From: Rhodothermales bacterium
GTDB taxonomy: Bacteria > Bacteroidota > Rhodothermia > Rhodothermales > JABDKH01
DNA length: 64,000 nucleotides
Assembly (NCBI GenBank): GCA_028284545.1
Contig: JANQRN010000087.1
Coordinates: forward strand, 6,082 to 70,081
Direction: 5' to 3'
In this document: positions 17,472 through 27,120 of the stretch, piece after piece
Numbering within the stretch: position 1 is the first letter of the stretch
Layout of the letters: the number at the start of each line of letters is the position of its first letter
Made by a program: the position numbers and the translations under genes
The notes under the pieces: model-generated
The model's database searches: none
Told to the model about the DNA's origin: nothing
The model's input: the letters and a program-made list of their open reading frames with translations, nothing else

Positions 17472-18305
17472 CTAGCTGCCGCCCAGAATCAGCGGCAGAC
17501 CGTCCTGGCCGCTGCCGACGATAACGGTCTTCGAGTTTGGCGAATTGGCCAGCTCCTGCGTCGCCTCGATTCCCTTGAACCGCAAAAACTCCGGAGACAA
17601 GCTTTCGGTGATGATGCGCTGGTACTCAGCCTGGCCCGTAGCCTCGATCTTCTTACGCTGCGCCTCGAGCGACTCCTTCTGGATCGTGAACTCGTAACGC
17701 TCAGCCTCCTGCTCTTCCTTCAGCTTGTCCTCGATCGCCGTCTTGATTTCGGTCGGGAGCGTAACGTCCCGAATCAGAACCGCGTCGACAGCGACGTATT
17801 GCGGACTGACCGCATCGCGAACGCGCGCGAATATCGACTCCTGCAGCTCCGTCCGCTTGGACGAGTAGAGCTGCTCCGGCGTGTACTGACCAACGATTTC
17901 GCGTACAGCCGACCGCAACTCCGGTTGCACCAGCTTCCGAGAGTAGTCAACGCCGTACTCGGTGTGTAACTGAGGCAGGGTACTGGCGTCCGGCCGCCAC
18001 CGAATCGAGACGTCCATCTCAATTGACAGGCCGTTTGAAGAGAGCGCCTGCAGCGCCTCAAGCTGCTCCTGGACGCGGAGGTCGTAGCGGATGATCTTCG
18101 CCCACGGCGGGTAGACCTTCAAGCCTTCGCCGTACGTCTTGTCCAGATCGGTGCCACCAAATACCGTGTATTTCACCCCGGCGTAGCCGGACGGAATCGT
18201 GGTTGTCATCAACCCGCTGATGATCATGAGTGCGACCAGACCGATGACTCCGAATACGGCAAATCGGCTGAAAGTGCGGGTAACGTTGGGGTAATTGTTG
18301 CTCAT
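17472..18305 (-). CDS. SPFH/band-7 (prohibitin-like) membrane protein
   Basis: An N-terminal transmembrane helix is followed by GYAGVKYTVFGG...SIEMDVSIRWRP... and a coiled-coil EEQEAERYEF. This is the HflK/C-like pattern. Confidence 0.85.
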   Translation of the reverse strand: MSNNYPNVTRTFSRFAVFGVIGLVALMIISGLMTTTIPSGYAGVKYTVFGGTDLDKTYGEGLKVYPPWAKIIRYDLRVQEQLEALQALSSNGLSIEMDVSIRWRPDASTLPQLHTEYGVDYSRKLVQPELRSAVREIVGQYTPEQLYSSKRTELQESIFARVRDAVSPQYVAVDAVLIRDVTLPTEIKTAIEDKLKEEQEAERYEFTIQKESLEAQRKKIEATGQAEYQRIITESLSPEFLRFKGIEATQELANSPNSKTVIVGSGQDGLPLILGGS

Positions 18306-18403
18306 TGCTGGTAATCGCCGAGGGTATAACTTGTGCGTTTCTGTGGCCGAGCGTTCGTAAACTGCGGCGCACCACCTATGTACTCACCACTGCCCTTCTG
18401 GTT

Positions 18404-19366
18404 TTGGAGCTGACCGCCGCTGCGCTACGTGCCCTGGACGACGTCTGTGGCGGGCGCCTGCAGTCTGACGTCCCACTCGCTCCCCTCACAACCTTCCAGA
18501 TTGGCGGACCGGCCGACTACCTGCTGGAGGCCAGGTCGGCGACGGAGCTGTCTGAAGCCGTTGTGACTGCCCGCGGGTATGGAATCCCCATGTTCGTTCT
18601 CGGCGCCGGGGCCAACATTCTCGTCGGTGACCTCGGCTTTCGGGGTCTAGTAATCCGTAATGGCGCCCGCAACGCGACGCTCGACCCCGACTCAGGACGC
18701 CTAGTGGCAGAGAGCGGCGCAATGGTCTATCCCGACATAATCAACCTGACGGTTGAAGCCGGACTGTCGGGGCTCGAACACTACGCCGGCATCCCGTCCA
18801 CCATCGGAGGGGCACTCTGGCAAAACCTGCACTTCCTCTCGCCCGCACCTGAGCGGGAGCGCACAATGTTCATCGAGGAGGTCGTGCACGAAGCAGACAT
18901 CCTCACTGAAGACAACGACCGCCAGACCGTCGGTGCCGACTGGTTCAACTTCGGATACGACTACTCGACCCTGCACGACCGGGACGTCATCGTACTTGCC
19001 GCGTCGTTCAACCTCGAACCAGCTGAACCCGAACGGATGAATAAGATCATCGAGGAGAACCTTGAGTGGCGTGCCGCCCGACATCCTCCGTTGGGCGCGG
19101 AGCCGAGTGCGGGCTCGATCTTCAAGAAGATAGACGGCGTCGGCGCCGGGCGGCTGATCGACCGCGCCGGACTCAAAGGATTCTCGATCGGCGGTATCGA
19201 GATCACACACCGCCACGCCAACATCATGATCAATCGCGGCGGCGGCACAGCGGCTGACGTTCAACGAATGATACACCACGTTAAGGAAGTCGTGCAGACA
19301 CACTCGGGCTACAGCCTGGAACCCGAGATCATGTTCGTGGGTGAGTTTTCAGCTATCGAGAGTTGA
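18404..19366 (+). CDS. murB: UDP-N-acetylenolpyruvoylglucosamine reductase
   Basis: PLAPLTTFQIGGPADYL, FVLGAGANILV, and GSIFKK are MurB motifs. The start is uncertain. The ORF opens at TTG 18305, back to back with the divergent SPFH start. The in-frame TTG at 18404 gives a normal-length N-terminus. Confidence 0.8.
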   Translation: MELTAAALRALDDVCGGRLQSDVPLAPLTTFQIGGPADYLLEARSATELSEAVVTARGYGIPMFVLGAGANILVGDLGFRGLVIRNGARNATLDPDSGRLVAESGAMVYPDIINLTVEAGLSGLEHYAGIPSTIGGALWQNLHFLSPAPERERTMFIEEVVHEADILTEDNDRQTVGADWFNFGYDYSTLHDRDVIVLAASFNLEPAEPERMNKIIEENLEWRAARHPPLGAEPSAGSIFKKIDGVGAGRLIDRAGLKGFSIGGIEITHRHANIMINRGGGTAADVQRMIHHVKEVVQTHSGYSLEPEIMFVGEFSAIES

Positions 19367-20078
19367 GGTGCCTGATCACACGATCAATACGACCAAGGCC
19401 AGACGAATCGGCAACTGGAAAGGGGCGCTCGTTGTCCTGGCAAAAGACCTGCGGCTCGAGTGGCGTAGTCGGGTTGCCGTAAACGCCCTCCTGACGTTTG
19501 TCTTGTCCGCCGTCTTCCTCGTTGTATATGCGGTCGGCAACGACGACCTGGGCGAGCGCACCGTTTCGGCGCTGGTCTGGACGGTGGTTGTCTTCTCGGC
19601 GGCTGTGGGGATGAGCCGATCCTTCGTCGCGGAAGAAGAGCAACAGACGTCAACGCTCCTTCGCCTCCACGCGTCTCCGGGCGCGGTCTACGCGGGCAAG
19701 TTGCTGTTCAACTTCGCGCTCTTGCTCGTCGTTAACGGCCTTGCCATGCTGGTGTTCATATTCATGCTCAACCTGCAACTGGGCACGCCCGCATTGGCGT
19801 GGGCCGCGGTCGTGCTGGGAGCACTGGCGCTGGCGGGCGCAACTACGCTGCTTTCGGCGATAGTTGCGAAGACACGCGGTGGTGCGGCGATGCTCCCGAT
19901 TCTCCTCTTTCCGCTTCTTCTTCCGTTGCTCGGTGCCGCCGTGCGGGCGATGACGTTTGCCTTTGCCGACAGCGGAGCGTGGGAGCAGGCACGCGACGAC
20001 CTGATCACGCTCGGCGCGTTCGCGGGCGTGACAATCTCGGCTTCGGTAATGCTATTTGATCAGGTCTGGAACGACTAG
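19341..20078 (+). CDS. ccmB: Heme exporter permease CcmB
   Basis: A six-transmembrane-helix protein with LAKDLRLEWRSR near the N-terminus, placed upstream of ccmC. The GTG start at 19341 overlaps murB by 26 nt. An alternative GTG lies at 19368. Confidence 0.75.
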   Translation: MSFQLSRVEVPDHTINTTKARRIGNWKGALVVLAKDLRLEWRSRVAVNALLTFVLSAVFLVVYAVGNDDLGERTVSALVWTVVVFSAAVGMSRSFVAEEEQQTSTLLRLHASPGAVYAGKLLFNFALLLVVNGLAMLVFIFMLNLQLGTPALAWAAVVLGALALAGATTLLSAIVAKTRGGAAMLPILLFPLLLPLLGAAVRAMTFAFADSGAWEQARDDLITLGAFAGVTISASVMLFDQVWND

Positions 20079-20781
20079 CAAAAGTGATCGTTTGCGCCCC
20101 GTGAAAAACCGCTACCCCATTATTCGCACACTCATCATCCTCTGGATGAGTGTAGTTATTGTCGGCGCGTTCCTTATGGACATCCCCCGCATGTCCATCC
20201 TTGAGCATACCGCCCGCAATCTCTATTTCCACGTTCCGATGTGGTTCACGATGATGGCCGGGATGACGGTGTCGGTTGTCTACGCTGTGCGGAACCTGCT
20301 GCAACCCAATCTGGACTTCGACGGCCGTTCGGCCGCCGCCGCGCGGGTGGCGATGTTGTTCGGGTTGCTGGGTCTGATCACCGGTATTATCTGGGCAAAG
20401 GTTACGTGGTACCAGGGGACAAACGTCTGGTGGAATTTTGATCCGCGCCAGACGTTCGCCGCAGTTTGCCTCCTTATTTACGGTGCGTACTTCATGTTGC
20501 GCCGCCAGCTCGAGGACCCGGAACAGCGAGGTCGCATCTCTGCGGTCTACAACGTGTTCGCCTTCACGACGATGCCGTTTCTGCTTTACGTGCTGCCGAG
20601 ACAGGTGCAGAGCCTGCATCCGGGCGCAGACGGGAACCCGGCTTTTAGTGACATCACCGATCCACGGATGCGGTTGATATTCTACCCTGCCGTAATCGGC
20701 TTCATCGCAATATTCTGGTTACTATACAATCAACGCGTCCGACTCCAGCGTGTCGGGCGTCGAGTTGGCCAGGATCGCTAG
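20056..20781 (+). CDS. ccmC: Heme exporter protein CcmC
   Basis: The tryptophan-rich WWD-type motif WYQGTNVWWNFDPRQT is present with multiple transmembrane helices. The start is TTG 20056 (alternatives at 20092 and 20101). Confidence 0.85.
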   Translation: MIRSGTTSKSDRLRPVKNRYPIIRTLIILWMSVVIVGAFLMDIPRMSILEHTARNLYFHVPMWFTMMAGMTVSVVYAVRNLLQPNLDFDGRSAAAARVAMLFGLLGLITGIIWAKVTWYQGTNVWWNFDPRQTFAAVCLLIYGAYFMLRRQLEDPEQRGRISAVYNVFAFTTMPFLLYVLPRQVQSLHPGADGNPAFSDITDPRMRLIFYPAVIGFIAIFWLLYNQRVRLQRVGRRVGQDR

Positions 20782-20806
20782 CACAACTACGTGATAACCC
20801 GCGGCT

Positions 20807-21097
20807 ATGAGGCACGAAATCCCTTTGATCTGGCACCCCGTCCCGCAGGACGCCACAGCTGACTCCCAAGCCGTATCCGACGCACAGACGGCGTACGACA
20901 GCGTCTGGGCCGACACCTCAATGCCGGTGCAGCAGTCAACGGGCCTGGAGGCCCAGCTACTGAAGGAGGATAAGCTGTACGCTGTCCTGGCCGTTGTCTT
21001 GATCATCTGGCTCGGGATCGTGTTCTTCCTGCTCAGAACCGACCGGCGAATTGATCGTTTGGAACGTCGGGTCGATACCCAGAACAGCGATTCCTGA
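20807..21097 (+). CDS. ccmD: CcmD-like small membrane protein (Bacteroidota-type)
   Basis: A single transmembrane helix plus basic tail, KLYAVLAVVLIIWLGIVFFLLRTDRRIDRLERRV, sits between ccmC and ccmE. The N-terminal ~40 aa may not be translated. Confidence 0.5.
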   Translation: MRHEIPLIWHPVPQDATADSQAVSDAQTAYDSVWADTSMPVQQSTGLEAQLLKEDKLYAVLAVVLIIWLGIVFFLLRTDRRIDRLERRVDTQNSDS

Positions 21098-21109
21098 AAC
21101 CCCGACTCC

Positions 21110-21502
21110 ATGAATACCCGCGCGATTGTTGGCCTGGTAATGCTTGTTGCGTTTACGGTCGTCCTGCTTACGACGTTTGCGAGCCAGGTCGGCGAGTACC
21201 AGAACTTCGACGACGCCGCCAGTACGGGCAAAAGGGTTCACGTAGTTGGCGAATGGGCTGCTGAACACCCAATCGCCTACGATGCGGGTTCGAATGTCTT
21301 CTCGTTCCACATGCGCGACGAGGCGGGTTCACTGCGGGAGGTGCACTACACAAATCCGAAACCCGCGAACTTCGAAGACGCCGAGCGGCTGGTCATCGAA
21401 GGTCGTGCCGAAGGCGAGATATTCGTCGCCGACAATATCCTCGTCAAGTGCCCGTCCAAGTACAACGAGACGGAGGCACCGCAGGTAGACGTCGGCACCT
21501 GA
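21110..21502 (+). CDS. ccmE: Cytochrome c maturation heme chaperone CcmE, CxxxY variant
   Basis: An N-terminal transmembrane anchor is followed by an OB-fold-like body. The C-terminal ILVKCPSKYNE aligns with E. coli VLAKHDENYTPPE. The Cys114 codon TGC is at 21449-21451. Confidence 0.8.
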   Translation: MNTRAIVGLVMLVAFTVVLLTTFASQVGEYQNFDDAASTGKRVHVVGEWAAEHPIAYDAGSNVFSFHMRDEAGSLREVHYTNPKPANFEDAERLVIEGRAEGEIFVADNILVKCPSKYNETEAPQVDVGT

Positions 21503-21510
21503 ACGTCGCA

Positions 21511-22152
21511 CTATTGCCGTACGCTAGCGGCGGTCTCGATCAGGGCAACCATCTCCGCCAGGGTGCTCCGCCCGCCGTCGGCGTCGTACCATGCGAACTT
21601 CTCGCGCATGAAGTCGCGCGAACGCATCGAAGACTTGTTCGCAATCGCCCAGTCCTGAAGTGCTGACGGCCGTTCGACGAATGCGCCGACCGAGCCACCG
21701 GCTTTGTTCAGAAGCAAGACGGTCGGTGTTGCCGCGCGTCCGTCTGGCGTGCGGTTGCCTTCCATGATGTGGCGCGCATCGTCAGGGTGGACGATACGAA
21801 GCTCCAGGTTTCTTGCGTTTGCAGCGAGGTGCGCCAGGTACGGAATGGTGTTCGCTGAGTCACTACAGCCGTCGACGGCCACAACCAACATCCGGTATTC
21901 GCCGGCCGTGTCCTCGACGCGTCTGACAAGGTCCGCCGACCGGTCCAGCAGCTTTGCCGCAGAGTCTGTGTTTGCCGTCCACATCCCCTTCCTCGAGGTT
22001 GCCGCCTCAAGAAACTCCTCATAGGTGGCACCCGAGCCAAACAGCACATCATAGTCTGGTGTTGCGTCAGTTGTACTGTCCTGCGCCGTGGCACATCCGA
22101 CCAGCAACAGCGCGATTCCGAATACGGCAGGTAACAGCTTTCGGGTATTCAT
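21511..22152 (-). CDS. Thioredoxin-fold lipoprotein (CxxS motif)
   Basis: The ATG at 22152 gives MNTRKLLPAVFGIALLLVGCATAQ. The motif VAVDGCSDSANTIPYL resembles the WCxDS thioredoxin_9-type motif. Confidence 0.65.
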   Translation of the reverse strand: MNTRKLLPAVFGIALLLVGCATAQDSTTDATPDYDVLFGSGATYEEFLEAATSRKGMWTANTDSAAKLLDRSADLVRRVEDTAGEYRMLVVAVDGCSDSANTIPYLAHLAANARNLELRIVHPDDARHIMEGNRTPDGRAATPTVLLLNKAGGSVGAFVERPSALQDWAIANKSSMRSRDFMREKFAWYDADGGRSTLAEMVALIETAASVRQ

Positions 22153-22162
22153 GATTGACGTG

Positions 22163-23503
22163 CTACAGGTAGATGGCCGTTGCGAGCAGGAAGAAGACAA
22201 GTGTTCCAAGAATGTCGTTCGTCATCATGATGAACGGCCCCGTGGCGATCGCCGGGTCAACTCCGATGCGATGGAACAACAGTGGGATCATCGCGCCGAT
22301 GGTCGTCGCCATGATGATGACTAATACCAGCGAGAGGCTAGCGGTTGCGGCAAGCCTGACGGCGTTGTCGCCACCGCCCAGAATAGCGACAACGGCCAAT
22401 CCGAGGATGACTGCCAGTATCAGCCCATTGAGCGTGGCGACCGCGCCCTCTTTGAATAGCCTTGGTATCAGATCTGAAGGCCAGACCTCTCCCGATGCCA
22501 GCCCCTGGACGGCGATTGCAGAACTCTGGATTCCCGCGTTTCCCGCCATTGCCATAACGATGGGAATAAACGAGGCGAGTATTGTAGCCTCTCTCAGTTG
22601 ATCTTCGAACTGGGCGATGACGAGGGCAGCCATCCCGGCGCCCGCGAGTCCAACAAGCAGCCACGGGATGCGACCGCGACTAATTGTGAGTACGGAGTCC
22701 CGAGGCTCCTCTCCCCCGGAGACACCGCTCATTCGCTGGAAGTCTTCCTCCGCCTCTTCGCGAAGAACGTCGACGACGTCGTCGATCGTGATGCGGCCGA
22801 GCAGGACGCCCGCTGAGTCGACCACCGGAAGCGACACGAGATCGTAGCGTTCCATCACGCGGGCCACCTCTTCCTGGTCGACGCCAGTCTCCACGGTGAC
22901 CGGATCAATATCAACCACGTCGGCGATTCGAACGCCGGCTTGCGAGAGCAGCAGTCTCTTCAGCGAAACGCTACCGACAACCCGCTGCTGTCCGTCGAGC
23001 ACAAAGACTGAATAGATTGGCTCGACGACCTCGGCCTTGCGGCGGACTTCCTCCGTCGCGTCTTCCACCGTCCAGGCCTCAGGGACGGCGACATACTCCG
23101 TACCCATGATACCGCCGGCGGTATCCTCCTCGTAGCGAAGTAGCACCTCGATGGACTCGGCGTCGTCAAGCGCCGGCAGTACTTCGCTTGCGATTTCCTC
23201 CGGCAACTCCGCCAGGACGTCGGCGGCGTCGTCGGAGTCCATCTCGTCGAGGAACGCGCTGATCCGGTCGGTATGCAAGTCGGCCAGCAGCTGCAGCCGA
23301 AACGAGTCGTCCAGTTCTGGCAGTACCTCCGCGCCGACCTCGGGGCTCAGCCAGCGAAAGAAGATATCAGCGGGCTCGCGCGCCAGATGCTGCAGAAGCA
23401 CAGCGATGTCAGCAGCGTGCAGATCGGCAATGATGTTGGACACCATGGGCCGCTGACCCGCGTCGATCAGCGCCGAGATGTTGTCAACCAACTCGGAGTC
23501 CAC
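22163..23503 (-). CDS. mgtE: Magnesium transporter MgtE
   Basis: The N-domain reads LHAADIAVLLQHL. Tandem CBS domains are followed by a C-terminal transmembrane domain (GNAGIQSSAIAVQGLA, PFIMMTNDILG). The start codon is GTG. Confidence 0.9.
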   Translation of the reverse strand: MDSELVDNISALIDAGQRPMVSNIIADLHAADIAVLLQHLAREPADIFFRWLSPEVGAEVLPELDDSFRLQLLADLHTDRISAFLDEMDSDDAADVLAELPEEIASEVLPALDDAESIEVLLRYEEDTAGGIMGTEYVAVPEAWTVEDATEEVRRKAEVVEPIYSVFVLDGQQRVVGSVSLKRLLLSQAGVRIADVVDIDPVTVETGVDQEEVARVMERYDLVSLPVVDSAGVLLGRITIDDVVDVLREEAEEDFQRMSGVSGGEEPRDSVLTISRGRIPWLLVGLAGAGMAALVIAQFEDQLREATILASFIPIVMAMAGNAGIQSSAIAVQGLASGEVWPSDLIPRLFKEGAVATLNGLILAVILGLAVVAILGGGDNAVRLAATASLSLVLVIIMATTIGAMIPLLFHRIGVDPAIATGPFIMMTNDILGTLVFFLLATAIYL

Positions 23504-23683
23504 TTCAAATCGCGAGCGTACTTCGGATGTTATGTTTCCGTCCTTTGCCAGTGTCCTTGCTGCGATCTGCCGGTAGGGGATGCGAAAATAGGGTCAGGCC
23601 GGGGCTTTATGAAGCGGCGGCGCGTCGGATCCCTTGCGCCATCGTCCGCAGCCATGTGCGGCGTGTCCCGGACTGGTGAACCG

Positions 23684-24451
23684 TCACGTGCCTTCAACAC
23701 GCTTGACGAATTGCGCCAGCTCAACGAACTCGGAGGGCACCAGCTCTTCTGCGCGTTTGCCAGACCACTTCTCGGGCAGCGGATGCCCACCAGTCAACAG
23801 CTTTGCCAGGCTGTTTCGGAGCGTCTTTCGACGCTGATTGAATGCTGCGCGGATGACGGACCTCGCGGCGCGGCCTTCGATTGCCTCGTCGCGACCGAAC
23901 ATGTTGATCCGAACAACGGCGCTTTCTACAGCCGGTTTTGGGTCAAACACGTTCCGGGATACCCTGAACAGGATTTGGGGTTTGCCGGCAAGCTGTGTGG
24001 CTACCGATAGGATACCGTAGTCTTTTGTACGTGGAACCGCCACCAGCCGTCGCGCAACCTCGAGTTGCATCATAACGACGATCTCAGTCACCGGCGCCTC
24101 CGCATCCAGTAAGGAGAAGAGGATTGGTGTTGTGATGTTGTACGGAAGATTGCCGACGACATACAGGGCGTCGCGCTCACCGCAGAGTTCACTCCAGTCG
24201 ATGGCTAGCACATCCTGATGCCGCACATCGAGCGAGGGGTACGTAGACTGAAGGTGCGAGACCGCACGGTCGTCGACCTCAATCGCAATCAGATTGTCGA
24301 ATCGCGCAAGCAGGTCTGCGGTCAGCGCACCCAGCCCCGGTCCGATCTCCACAACCTGATCGTTGGCGCCCGCGCGTACGCTGTCGACGATTTTCCTGGT
24401 GATGTTTGCGTCGCGAAGAAAGTGTTGACCGAGACGCTTGTTGGGGCGCAT
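23684..24451 (-). CDS. rsmA: 16S rRNA (adenine1518/1519-N6)-dimethyltransferase
   Basis: RPNKRLGQHFLRD...VVEIGPGLGALT...GNLPYNITTPIL are KsgA motifs. Confidence 0.9.
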   Translation of the reverse strand: MRPNKRLGQHFLRDANITRKIVDSVRAGANDQVVEIGPGLGALTADLLARFDNLIAIEVDDRAVSHLQSTYPSLDVRHQDVLAIDWSELCGERDALYVVGNLPYNITTPILFSLLDAEAPVTEIVVMMQLEVARRLVAVPRTKDYGILSVATQLAGKPQILFRVSRNVFDPKPAVESAVVRINMFGRDEAIEGRAARSVIRAAFNQRRKTLRNSLAKLLTGGHPLPEKWSGKRAEELVPSEFVELAQFVKRVEGT

Positions 24452-24457
24452 GAGCGG

Positions 24458-25633
24458 CTACCGGTAGGGCCGGTCAAGATAGGATTTGGCGCGTTCGTGC
24501 GCGCTCGCCCAATCCTTCATTCGCAACACCTCACGGTAACGCTGCAAGGCAACATCGCGCTGCCCGAGCGCGTCGTACGCCATGCCCTGGCGAAGGCGAC
24601 CAAGCACTTTAAAGTACGTATCCGCTTTGTTGCGAGACGACAGCGCCTCCAGTTGCAGCAGGTAGGTAAGCGCCTCGTCGAATGATCGACGAATCATACG
24701 CTCGCGGGCGATGTAGTAGAGTGCTTGCTCAGCAAGCGCGTCGTTGTAGCCGAACTGACCAACCTTGTACTTTTCCAGTACGCCGCGGTATATCTCCGCA
24801 CTCTCTGCCCAGCGTCCTGACTGCGCCAGTATCCGCGCCTCGATCGATCGAAAGAAGGCGTTGTTGGGATACCGTTCGACGAGCCACCGGGCGTATTTCA
24901 GGCTCTCCGGATAGTTGCGCTCATAGAGGAAGTGGATTTGGACAAGAAAGTAAACTGCCTCTGTCTGGATGTAGTGCCCCTTCGATGCGGTGCGCTCGAT
25001 TAGTTGCAGTCCCCGATCCCGATCCCCTCGCGGGAAGAAGCCCATCACCGGTTTGACAAACGGATGTTTTTCTGGCACCACGGCTGCGAAGTAGTCGTAG
25101 ATCCCTTTCCCAAACGCGTAATCATCGTTACCCGGATCCATGGCTGGGACGGCGAGGACGTAGTCCATCGCGCGCTTGCCGTCCATCGCTGCTTTGAACC
25201 AGTCGCCCCGATTCGACCGAAGTCGCCCGCGGAAACCCAGTGCCGCCCCCTTGAAGAACCGCGCATCGACGTTGTCCGGGTCGCGCTTCAGGAGGCGGTC
25301 ACACCGTCGGATGACCTCGTCCATCGCATCAAAGAAAGCGTGATCATTTGACTCGTCGGAGAGGTCCAGTAGAATGGTCCACCATGTGGTAAGCGACTGC
25401 AGAAACGGACCCACCGGGTGTTCTGGATAACGCTCTCCGATCGTTTCAAATCTCGCTGAGGCGGCATCGAGTCTAAGGTCGTAGAGATCGCTTATGCCAG
25501 CGGTCGCGAGCTCGCGGACGTCAGGGTAATCGAGGATCGACGACGGCGGAGCCGGCTGAGCAAGGGTGCCCGGCGGCAAAGCCACAGCCAAAATGACTGC
25601 CAGGAGCGCTGATATGGTCGTTGATCTGCCCAT
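24458..25633 (-). CDS. Secreted TPR-like repeat protein, function unknown
   Basis: Signal peptide MGRSTTISALLAVILAVALPPGTLAQ, followed by helical-repeat composition. I recognise no catalytic motif. Confidence 0.5.
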   Translation of the reverse strand: MGRSTTISALLAVILAVALPPGTLAQPAPPSSILDYPDVRELATAGISDLYDLRLDAASARFETIGERYPEHPVGPFLQSLTTWWTILLDLSDESNDHAFFDAMDEVIRRCDRLLKRDPDNVDARFFKGAALGFRGRLRSNRGDWFKAAMDGKRAMDYVLAVPAMDPGNDDYAFGKGIYDYFAAVVPEKHPFVKPVMGFFPRGDRDRGLQLIERTASKGHYIQTEAVYFLVQIHFLYERNYPESLKYARWLVERYPNNAFFRSIEARILAQSGRWAESAEIYRGVLEKYKVGQFGYNDALAEQALYYIARERMIRRSFDEALTYLLQLEALSSRNKADTYFKVLGRLRQGMAYDALGQRDVALQRYREVLRMKDWASAHERAKSYLDRPYR

Positions 25634-25780
25634 CCCCTACGTCACCTGTCTCAGCGTCTGCTGTGCCCTTTAATCGGGACACTACTGGCAGAGCTCGCGG
25701 GACAGGGAGCTATGGAATTCGTGTTTCGACCGGTAATCCGGCCGATCCACGTAGTCGCAAGGACCGGGCCGAAGCGCTTG

Positions 25781-26380
25781 CTAGGCGTCTTTCCTGGTAA
25801 TCCGCCGCGTGCCGGCATACAAAGACGCGACCGCAACGATCTTCAGCATGTCGATCGGGATAAACCGCAACCAGCCCCGATCAATCGAATCGAACCACGT
25901 GGCGTGACCCGCGGCGTAGTGCAACCAGATTACGCCACAGGTGAAGAGCACAGCCGAAGCAGCCAGCAGTGAAACGATGCTCCCAAACCCGAAATTCCAC
26001 CGGCTCGACAGCCAGCCGCCCACAACTGCGGCGAGCGGATACCCTATGAGGTACCCTGTGCTAACTGCTCCTGAGAGGTAGGTCAGTCCATGACCGTCGC
26101 CAGCGAAAACCGGCATGAACAGCCCGGCAGTCAAGTAGAGCATTTGCGCTAACATCCCGTTGCGCCAGCCAAGGAACAGTCCGCTACCATAGACGGCCAG
26201 CGTCTGCAGCGTGAACGGCACTTCCCAGACTGCAACCCTCAGCTGCGCACCCAGTGCCGTAAGCGCCGCAAATCCGACGATACCGATGACCTGCACAAGG
26301 GCCGAGGCATCAGCGCCGCGCAGGATGTCTACGTTGGACGCAAAGCGCGTGCGAAGTGACGGGGTCAGCTGGTTCTGCAT
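25781..26380 (-). CDS. bioY: Biotin transporter BioY (solitary)
   Basis: The ATG at 26380 starts a protein with VPFTLQTLAVYGSGLFLGWRNG...GYLIGYPLAA, the BioY pattern. No bioMN lies adjacent. Confidence 0.8.
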   Translation of the reverse strand: MQNQLTPSLRTRFASNVDILRGADASALVQVIGIVGFAALTALGAQLRVAVWEVPFTLQTLAVYGSGLFLGWRNGMLAQMLYLTAGLFMPVFAGDGHGLTYLSGAVSTGYLIGYPLAAVVGGWLSSRWNFGFGSIVSLLAASAVLFTCGVIWLHYAAGHATWFDSIDRGWLRFIPIDMLKIVAVASLYAGTRRITRKDA

Positions 26381-26445
26381 GTCAGGTGACGGGTATCTAT
26401 TCCGTGTGGTTCGTTGACCGTGAGCCGCAAAAATACGAATCTCGG

Positions 26446-27120
26446 TCAGTAGTGCCACACGATCCCGTCTTTGCGCCCGTGGTCGGTAAGCTGGTCGTAC
26501 TCCTTATTCCGCTGCTCGATCAGAGTGGAGATGCGTTGCACTTCGGCTTTTGCCCGTGCGTCCAGCCGGTCACAGGTACTATCTGTCATGGGCAGGAGGG
26601 CTTGATACACCTCGAATGTCCCTCGACGGGACGCCTCAGCGTGCCACATCTCGTGCGCTGTCAGCTTCTTCATGAAGTCACGCCATTGTCGGGTGATCTC
26701 GTCGGGCGTGTTGTGCGGCTGCTTCCACTTCGGCAGTTCGACCACGATCTTCGTCAACACTCCGAGTTCCTGCAGCCGACAGGAACGACCATCGAACACG
26801 AGCTGATACGAGAAGCCCGTCTGGCTCCGTGTGATCCCGAAGAATGTCTCGTCGCCCGACCGTGGTCCATTGCGGCGAAGTGACAAGAGAACTTCGGCGG
26901 CGTCCCGACCCTTCACCTCGTAGTATGCGTAGTCGAGGTCAATCGTGGGCCCCGGATCAAACGCCTTCGTGGCCGTCGGTGAATCCGCCGAGGCGCGGGG
27001 CTGCGCAACCGCGATGCTTGCCGGCGCACAGCCGGCAAAGAGTAAGCATACGGCGACTAGGAACTGGCCGGAGCCAGGCGCGCGCCTTCTGGTTCGTAGT
27101 TCAGCCTTGACGCAAGCCAA
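26446..27120 (-). CDS. DUF922-like putative Zn-metalloprotease lipoprotein (HExxH)
   Basis: The signal peptide has the lipobox [12 protein letters not shown], and an HEMWH motif is present. The ATG at 27120 is the only start codon in frame, so the gene overlaps the metH 3' end by 64 nt. Confidence 0.55.
   Translation of the reverse strand: MACVKAELRTRRRAPGSGQFLVAVCLLFAGCAPASIAVAQPRASADSPTATKAFDPGPTIDLDYAYYEVKGRDAAEVLLSLRRNGPRSGDETFFGITRSQTGFSYQLVFDGRSCRLQELGVLTKIVVELPKWKQPHNTPDEITRQWRDFMKKLTAHEMWHAEASRRGTFEVYQALLPMTDSTCDRLDARAKAEVQRISTLIEQRNKEYDQLTDHGRKDGIVWHY

Noticed and set aside
23504-23683. An M-box (Mg2+) riboswitch in the 180-nt leader upstream of mgtE.
   Set aside because: I could find no GTTAGGTGAGGC-type core or other M-box hallmarks on the minus strand. 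The leader has only weak hairpins.
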